Shown piece after piece: positions 35,764 to 44,339 of a stretch of DNA of 44,339 bases. The position numbers and the translations under genes are program-made. Position 1 is the first letter of the stretch. The number at the start of each line of letters is the position of its first letter. Source of the stretch: Conidiobolus incongruus B7586 (Eukaryota); the NCBI GenBank assembly GCA_000697335.1, contig JNEM01009148.1, positions 1 to 44,339 of the forward strand, read 5' to 3'. Under the pieces are notes generated by a model. That model was not told the origin of the DNA, ran no database searches, and saw nothing but the letters and a program-made list of their open reading frames with translations.

Positions 35764-38700
35764 TGAATGAGTATGATTATGGTTATGAATATGAATATGA
35801 AATTAAGCTAATAATATGAAGTATGAAAGATATTTATATATGCTATTCAATACAACAGTAGCCCTAGATGAAAAGTTTGATGAACGATCATTGCCCTATT
35901 CAGACACAATGAACTCATTATAGAAACAACTAAACATTTGAATCTCAGTTGATTATTTTTATTATCAATTGAAATTGCTAAATTTAAAATGTTACAAAAA
36001 TTTTGAAATGTAGCCAAATTTTGTTACTTGATTTCATTACTATTCAAAATACATTATTACTGTTTCAACTACTTTAGAGTTTCATAAAATCATATTTTAC
36101 TGCAATTTTTATTGATTTTTATTATTTTGAATCATAATAGTATTGAAAATTAATCAGCATTGTTTGATTATAGTATTAATAGTATTAATTTGGTGAATTT
36201 CATTTATATGAACATTATTATGAATTGCAGCATTATTTTTTCAACAAAATGAGTTGATGTGATTTAATGGAATATGTACATGGATAATATAGTGCATCTT
36301 TACAGCCATTACCAATCTTATTAACCATTAATAAGCTGAATATCACCAAATTTCATAATTACCATAAGATTTTCTGATATATTAATTATTCGATAAATAA
36401 ATCACTTCCATGAAAATGATATGATTATATTGATATTCATTGAATATATTCTTGAGGTACTAACTTTATTGAGTTAAAATAATCCAATTTACAATAACAT
36501 TAGTTTTATTTATTTTTAACCTATCCCAATGACGATGTGTATAGTATTTGCACCTATTGAATCATAGTAATATAAAATTTTAGGTTATTTTTACAGCTCA
36601 TCTTGATTTTTAAAACTCTAGATTTGGATACTTTGTTCTGGAATTTGTATAACTAAGATTGAATCCTCTGTAATAATATACAGATTCACCAATTGTCATT
36701 ATAAAAATATATAGTATTGTTTGGACGTAAAGGATATTGATATAGTTGAATTAAATTTTAACGTTTTTCTATGCGATATCAATTGTTTTACACTATATTG
36801 TTGTTTGTCTCTTTCAATTAAGACAATTAATCATAATAATAAATTATTTTCAAAGAATTTAAATTGAAAACATGATAAAGTTTTTGATAAATATCCATTA
36901 TTCCATTTTACAATTGAATATCATTGATTTAAATTTTAACGATATCAAAAAACAAGATCAACAATTAGTAAATATATTAATTATATCAAGCTGGTGGACA
37001 ATATCTGTGTTATTAAGGTGAGTAAATAATTAAGTACATTTTTTATCATAAAAACTTGGTTTAAGGAATATATTCAATTACCTATCCATGATCAATCTTA
37101 ATTTATAATATTATGTTTGATTACATAGGATTTTAATTCAATATATTAAGCTTATTTATCTTGACAATCTAAATGACCACAACTTGACTGAGTTTGATTA
37201 GCAAAATATTGTATAAAACCTCAAATGAATTCAATGAATAATTTATATGCTATTACACTGTCAGTTAGTCCTTGAACTAAATAGTTGATATGTTGATAAA
37301 AATGGCTAATATAATGGCAGGATCTTGAAGTATAAATAAAAGAGGTATAAAAATGTTAAATTCTTATTATTTATTAATTTAAAATCCAACATTAATACAA
37401 TATAAATTGGCTAAATTTGAAATAATAAATAGCAAGTAGTCAATAAATTCGACTTCTAGCCTTTATTTGAAATATGTCAATATTCGTAATTGGAATGAAT
37501 GCAATTTTATAATATATAAGATAATAGCATAAATTATATGACTTTAGCTACTGGTTAAATTAATCAGCTAATTCTTTTGGCACAATAGTCACATGTTGAT
37601 TTAGATACAAATGAGGCAATTGTGACTTAATTTCAAGTTGTCAGATTTAATATTAATTAATAAATTTTTCAACTTCAATTAATTACTGATTTACAGACAT
37701 TTGCTTTGAATAATATATAGATGTAATAACTATAAATATTATCAAATGCAACTAATAATGGAATTTAACATTTTTAAAATATTTAAATTACCAAACTGAC
37801 TAACATCCAACCTTAATAGTTGCCAATTTTGACCAAATAAATGATGGAGATTATTATTGCATTAGTTTAAATATTTACTATATACCGTAGCATAGTCATT
37901 GTTAGCCTTTATTATTATAAATTATCGATCCACAAATAATAACTTGTATAAATGTATATAAAATATATTCAAGCTTGAAAATCAAAATCCTTTTGCATTG
38001 GTATTTTGAATATATTTTTTTAATTAAAATATATATTTGCATATATTTATATGTCAAGGAAAATATTTAATTAGAGTGTTTCCTAATATATTAAGGAAAA
38101 AAAATATATGACTGACATACAATTTTCATATTTTTTCAAGGTTCACAATAGTTGAATAGTAAATATTGTATTGAATGATGGTAGATAAGAGTAGATATAT
38201 ACTAGTACATTATTTATGAAAACATTGGGTTATACCATATATCAACTATTGTACAAAAACTAATTTGTATACTGGATGTTTTTTTATAGCAATTGAAATT
38301 ACTAACCACTCAAGTTTGATCGTATTTTAAAATAAAATCAAACCAAGAATTATATACTAAAAACCATATATAACAATATACAATAAAGTCAAGTACCATA
38401 TTTTAAATAATTTAATATACTAAGTCTATATTGATTTTCGATTAATTTGAAAAATGATTGCTACTTAGTGCTCATAGTATTTATGAAGAAAAGATTAAGG
38501 TTCATTTGAAACGATTTTCAATTTGTTTCTGAAATGGAGAAAAACTTACTTATCAATGATTAAGAACATCTACTGCCAAAAAATATGAACATCAATAATT
38601 GACAGTATGAAGAAAGGATTGATACAAGAGATATACATCTAGAAAATTTAAGTTAGATTTAATTTAGTTTTAAGATCGAAACTAATGGAGAAATATCTTT

Positions 38701-38774
38701 TAAATAAAACCGGTTAATTAATATTTAAATTTATTGAAAAAATTAGTGAAAAAAAATCATATTTGGGTATTTCT

Positions 38775-41727
38775 TTACAAATGTGATTTAGGAGTGAGTT
38801 GAACGTCGTTGAAGAATTCAACAGCAGCATTGTTGAGTACAATGGCATCTCTTTCTTTGACAATAGTTTGGAAAATAACCTTCTTAGGATTGGCATCATC
38901 CTTCCAAATACGCACTTCCAAAGTTTCACCTGGGAAGACGTGCTTGGTGAATCGAACTTTCATACTACGAACCGAAGTTGGATCTGCATTTCCAAGAATG
39001 TCAACAATCTGTTTGACAGAAATACCGAATGAACAGAGTCCATGAAGAATGGGTACATCAAATCCCCCAATGGCAGACATCTGAGGGTCAATATGGAGAG
39101 GGTTATAGTCACCACTTAATCTATATAAGGCAGCTAAATCTTCAGAAGTCTTGTAAGTAGCAACGACATCTGGTTTACGCGAAGGAGGAATGTTGGCAGC
39201 AGTAGCAGGTCCACGATCAGAACCTTGTTTTTTGCCTCCAAATCCACCAGCTCCACGAATAAATGCAGTAAATTCAGTGTAGAATAGTTTATCTCCGCTG
39301 TTTTCGTCATAGCCAGTAGAATCTAAAACTACAATTGCTCCCTTACCCTTATCCAAAACTTCGAGAAGTTTACCTTCACATTTAATCTTTCCTTCAGCTT
39401 GTAGTGGCTTGAAAATTTCGACATATTGCTCACCATGAAGCAACATCATAGGATCGAAATCAGGAATAATTGATGAAAGATCAGTTTCAAATACAACATT
39501 AGAAGCAGGGATAACAGGGTAAGTTGGTAAAGGTAAAATGTTCTCGTGGTTCTCGTATACGTAATGTAGCTCTTTACGAGTGGCACCAAGTCCCAAGTTA
39601 TATAAGATAGTATCTTTCTTGGTGTATTCAAATGTAGCGACAGACTTGGGAACTGAACTATCTGCTGAGTCAGATCCTCCTGCTTTAAGTTTTTCAGCTT
39701 GTTCGGCGTATCGTTCATAGAAATGTTGAAAGGATTCAGTGGTGGTAGACGGGTTGGAGACATTCTTGTCAAAATTGGTGATTGATGCCCAGTTCTCTTT
39801 AATTTGCTCAGGTGTGATAGTGGTTGGTGGGAGAGTTTTTCCTTCTGATCTCTGCCAACGGACTCGAGAAACCTTACAACTTCCTACTTCAAAAATACCA
39901 CTATTAACAGGGCATTCTTCAGAAGCAAGAAGACCGACAAGGGGAGCGATAAAATCGGGCTTAAACATTTCGTGAAGTTCATCAGGGAAAATACCTTTGG
40001 TCATTCTTGTTCCAGCATTGGGAGCGATAACATTGGATAAGATATTTTTGCGTTCGCCTTCGAGTGCACAAGTATGAGTAAATCCAATAATACCACCCTT
40101 AGCAGCAGCGTAATTAATTTGACCAAAGTTTCCATAAAGACCCACAGCAGAACATGTGTTAATGATACGGCCATATTTTTGTTTATTGAAGTGGGGCCAA
40201 GCAGCCTTAGTTACGGAATAGGTACCAAACAAATGGACTTTATAGACCAAATCGAAATCTTGATCAGTCATCTTGAGGATTGATTTATCACGCAAAATAC
40301 CAGCATTATTAACGAGAATGTGCACACCACCAAATGCTTTAATGGCTGTATCGACAATCTTTTGTCCAAACTCAACCGAATCATAATTGGCAACGGCTTT
40401 ACCACCAGCCTTCTTAATTTCATCAACTACAATATCAGCTGGACGGCTACTGCCACCCGAAGAACCATCGGTAGAACCACCCAAATCGTTGACGACTACT
40501 GAAGCTCCCATTTTAGCCAATAAAAGTGCATAGCAACGACCAAGACCAGCACCAGCACCAGTGACAATGGCAACTTTACCATCTAAACGAATTTCTGGTC
40601 CTTGAGGATTGGAAGCTGATTTGGTAGCAATTTCCAAAGCAGATTGCCAATCATTATCAACCAAAGATTGTGGAAATTCGCTATCCTTGAAATCATTAAT
40701 TTCATCCCATCTTTTAAGAACAGCGGATGGAGTGAAGGTATCGTCTGCTTTGAATACAACACCTTTACTGCGTTCCCGACGGACTTGGTGGTATACACCA
40801 GCAGCGAGTTCAAAGAGATCTCCAGAGTTCTCATTATCTTTATGGGCAAGATAAAGTACAAGAGGAGCAATATAATCAGGCTTCATAGCTTCCATAAAGT
40901 CTTCTGGAATAATACCCTGAGTAAGACGAGAGGCAGCGATAGGAGCGATAACATTACATTTAATATTATATTTATCCCCTTCAATGGCAACGGTTTTAGT
41001 TAAAGGAATGAGCGAGTGCTTGGCTAAATAGAAATATTTAATAAAAATAATTAGTTGAAAATATAACTATTTACCAGAAGAATAGTTTGTTTGACCAAAG
41101 TTACCATACATACCAGCAGCAGAAGATGTATTAATAATTCTAAATAATTGGTTATTAACATGAAAGAGAATACTATAATTGATAATACCTTCCATATTTT
41201 TGTTTTCTGAAAGTATCCCAAGCAGCTTTAATACATTTGTAAGCACCTCTAAGATGTACGCGGTGAATAAGATCCCAATCAGAATCTTCCATTTTGGCTA
41301 AAGATTTATCACGAAGAATACTAAAACGAAGTATATTAGTACTAGATATGAAAATTAATATAAAGCATATTTACCCAGCATTATTGATCAAAATATCAAT
41401 TCTTCCAAAGTTTTGAAGAGCAGTGGCAATAACTTTGTCCCCATCTTCAACGGAATCATAATTAGCAACAGCAATACCGCCCTTCTTACGAATTTCTTCA
41501 ACAACAAGATCTGCAGCACGTGAATTACTTCCAGAGCCTGAAGCGGAACCACCCAAGTCGTTAACAACGACTTTAGCACCTCGTTCAGCTAACAATAGTG
41601 CATATATTTTACCGAGACCTTGATAAAAAGGACAATTAATATATTAAATCGAAAAAACACAAATGGAATTACCTCCACCAGCACCAGTCACAACAGCTAC
41701 CTGATTATCAAAACGTAATTGAGACAT
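38775..41727 (-). CDS. FOX2: Peroxisomal multifunctional beta-oxidation protein (two SDR dehydrogenase domains + hydratase 2), 5 exons, ~914 aa
   Basis: Two TGAGxGLG / VVVNDLGG / [10 protein letters not shown] / YGNFGQxNY domains, hydratase motif [15 protein letters not shown]-terminal SHL PTS1. Introns 41619-41672, 41321-41374, 41140-41188 and 41024-41074 keep the frame. Confidence 0.96.
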
Positions 41728-44339
41728 GATAAATCAAAAGTGAATAGGTTATAAAATACAAATAAAAAGATTAAATCACAAAGAAAGCAACCTTAGCCCA
41801 ATTTAAACCCTTTTGAATTCAATCAACCAAAAATCATATGTCACTCTTTAGATCATTTCGTCATCCTAATTAGTCAGGTGAAAGTTAAACCAACTGCATA
41901 ATGTAATTATCTTGAAAAAATATGTTTATTAGGCATAATTCATTCGATTATTTCATTGTGACAATAGATTTAATCGTGATATTGCGGACCTAATTAAATT
42001 TATGTTGAATAATATTTCTTTTAAACATGATTCAATATACAATTTTGTAAGTATTTAAATAATTTGTAGTATATAGTTCTTTCAGATAATTTCATTAAAT
42101 AAAAAATTGACAGGAATTAAAAATTTGTTTTTATATTTTAAATATAATAAAAATTTAAATAGATATTTACTTTATTAACATTCGATAGTGATTATATTAC
42201 TACTTGAAATTAATAGCTTAGTAATTGATTCAAATATATATTTAAAATTTCTTTAATTAAAATAATTTAAATTTCAACATTATCTCCTTTTATCCGATAG
42301 AATTATATATATTGATATACAGATACAAAAGATCTATAAACGATGATTTAATTAAAATTATATAACTACTCAGTATTCAATTAAGCAAAAGAAATATTTT
42401 TGGTAAATACAAGGTGTTTAATATTATAATTAAACCTAATGGATATATATTGAAATATATATTTACAATAGATTAATTTAAATTTTAAACCAAAAGATTA
42501 TTTTTAAAATCATAAAGTTATCTCGTTTTATCTCCACCTTAGATATTTTAATTAATTCCGATAGCATATCAAGATATTTAAGGTTAAATTCTAACCTGAC
42601 TTAATTATATAATTGGCCAGAATTAATTAATATTCAATGGTATAGAATTATCTAGTTAATACAATGATTACAATATTTTTGACAAATATACTCCTTATAT
42701 ATAAAAAAGCATTTTTTGATTTTTCGCAATAATTATTCATTTACAAAATATTTAATATTTGAAAGTTCATATATCCTTTTCTATCATTAGTTAATATTTT
42801 TAAAACTGTAAAATATTGTTAAATTATATAATTCTATTATAATTTTTTCAAAAAAAATCATCTGTAATTTATTTATAAAAATATAATATATCATTTCGAG
42901 TGCAGAATATTGCATTATATTCAATTTTGGTTTGTGATTAAATAATCCCCTTATATTGATTCATTTTTCTAAATTTTTGAATATTTGCATATTTAGGACA
43001 AAAAATATAACTGAAAATCAATTACTATAATTGGAATAGTTTAAATTTTAAGAATTTAGTTATACTTACATCATCATTCATCTTTCTTGATCTACTTTAA
43101 AATTTTAATTCAAAATAGAATATTTTAATAACATTTAATTTGAGTATTGGTATATTAGGTATCTTTATATTTATATTAAAATTTATACATATTTAGTGTT
43201 GGAATATTAAAAAATAATAAATTATAATCTACTCTTTTTGAGTTCCAAATTTAACTGATAGATTAGTCGATCAATTGAAATCGCACTAAAATTTAATGTC
43301 AATCGTCTGATCAACTGTTATTTTCATATGAATGTCATCTATTTATTCCAAATAATTGACATAATCAGCAATCCAAAACCAATTTCAATAAGTTTAAAAA
43401 GCATTTTGATATCATTTATATTATGACCATAATATAAACAATCAAGGATTAAGAAAATCTTTTACAAAATTGATAATTTTAAGTTGAAAGTATTAATAGA
43501 ATAAATTAGGTCATGATTAACAGGAGTACCAATATTTTATTCAAAGATTTTTTTATAAATCAATTTACAGTGATTAAAACTAGATTTTTAATTCAAAAAT
43601 ATAATAGAATTAGAAAGATAATGTTGAAAAAAATACAGTCCATTATAGTTAGAATCTTAAAAATTATTGAATATAAAAATTTCATTCATAATTTATATAA
43701 AATTTGAAAGTAATTTAGAACGAAACATGTGTTAATTCATTTTAATATGTTCAAATAATTCATAGTTGTCATATCAATATTACATTGGCTAGATTTATAT
43801 ATATCAATAAAAGTATTTAATTTTAAGATATATCCTTTGATATATTTGTTCTAATGTATAATCAGCTATACATTTCAAAAAATTTTAACAAATCTGAATA
43901 AATTCAGAATGTAATTATCATTTTTCAGGATATCAAAAATATAAATAGTGAGTATATTATTAATTTGTTAATGAATTAGAAATCTAATGTATATAATATA
44001 AAATGTGGTTAATAAAATTAGTACCTGAAAATTTTTAAATATTAGTATAAAAACTAAGTAATAGCATAATTTTAAATTAAAATTAAATAAAAATATTAAT
44101 ATATTATTTATAAAATTGAATATATAATATAAAATTAATATTCTCTTTTATTATTAATAACTCTTTATTATACTTAATAAGCTTTTAACATTTCAAAAAC
44201 AGTTCTTTCTATTAAAGACTAAAATTTGATATTTTATAAATTAATTTATTTTCAGGAATTTTGTTTGTAAATATATTTTTAATTATCTAAAACAATTATA
44301 ATTATATAAGTTATAATCAAATAAATTATAATCTAATAA

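Noticed and set aside
38714..41579. Short ORFs overlapping FOX2
   Set aside because: Antisense or off-frame shadows of FOX2.
43513..43707. 64-aa ORF (similarly 19136-19366 and 25789-26037)
   Set aside because: AT-driven I/K/N/F-rich composition with no motifs; likely chance ORFs.

Overview
Very AT-rich eukaryotic DNA with short (~45-55 nt) GT-AG introns and fungal gene content. It is probably an early-diverging fungus (Entomophthoromycotina-like; inference only). 1-24 kb is gene-poor and holds intronless genes: a sphingolipid delta4-desaturase, an orphan 300-aa ORF, and two divergent secreted dipeptidyl-peptidase V paralogs. 24.6-42 kb is a compact, mostly intron-containing block: CCDC174-like, ALKBH6-like, a gamma-tubulin complex component, a conserved fungal membrane protein, a secreted Cys-repeat/poly-Pro protein and FOX2. 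This block also holds two adjacent decayed essential genes (TFIIIC WD40 subunit, ORC4). The main hidden signal is absent from the ORF track: a near-complete ~1.9 kb IS607-type element at ~1460-3360. It has a serine-recombinase TnpA, a TnpB/Fanzor2 RNA-guided nuclease, a probable omegaRNA and 10-bp end repeats, and it has been destroyed almost entirely by C>T/G>A changes. A ~400-nt CpG-rich, self-complementary non-coding island at ~7035-7432 is an unassigned structured RNA candidate. All assignments come from manual translation and remembered family motifs; no searches were run.
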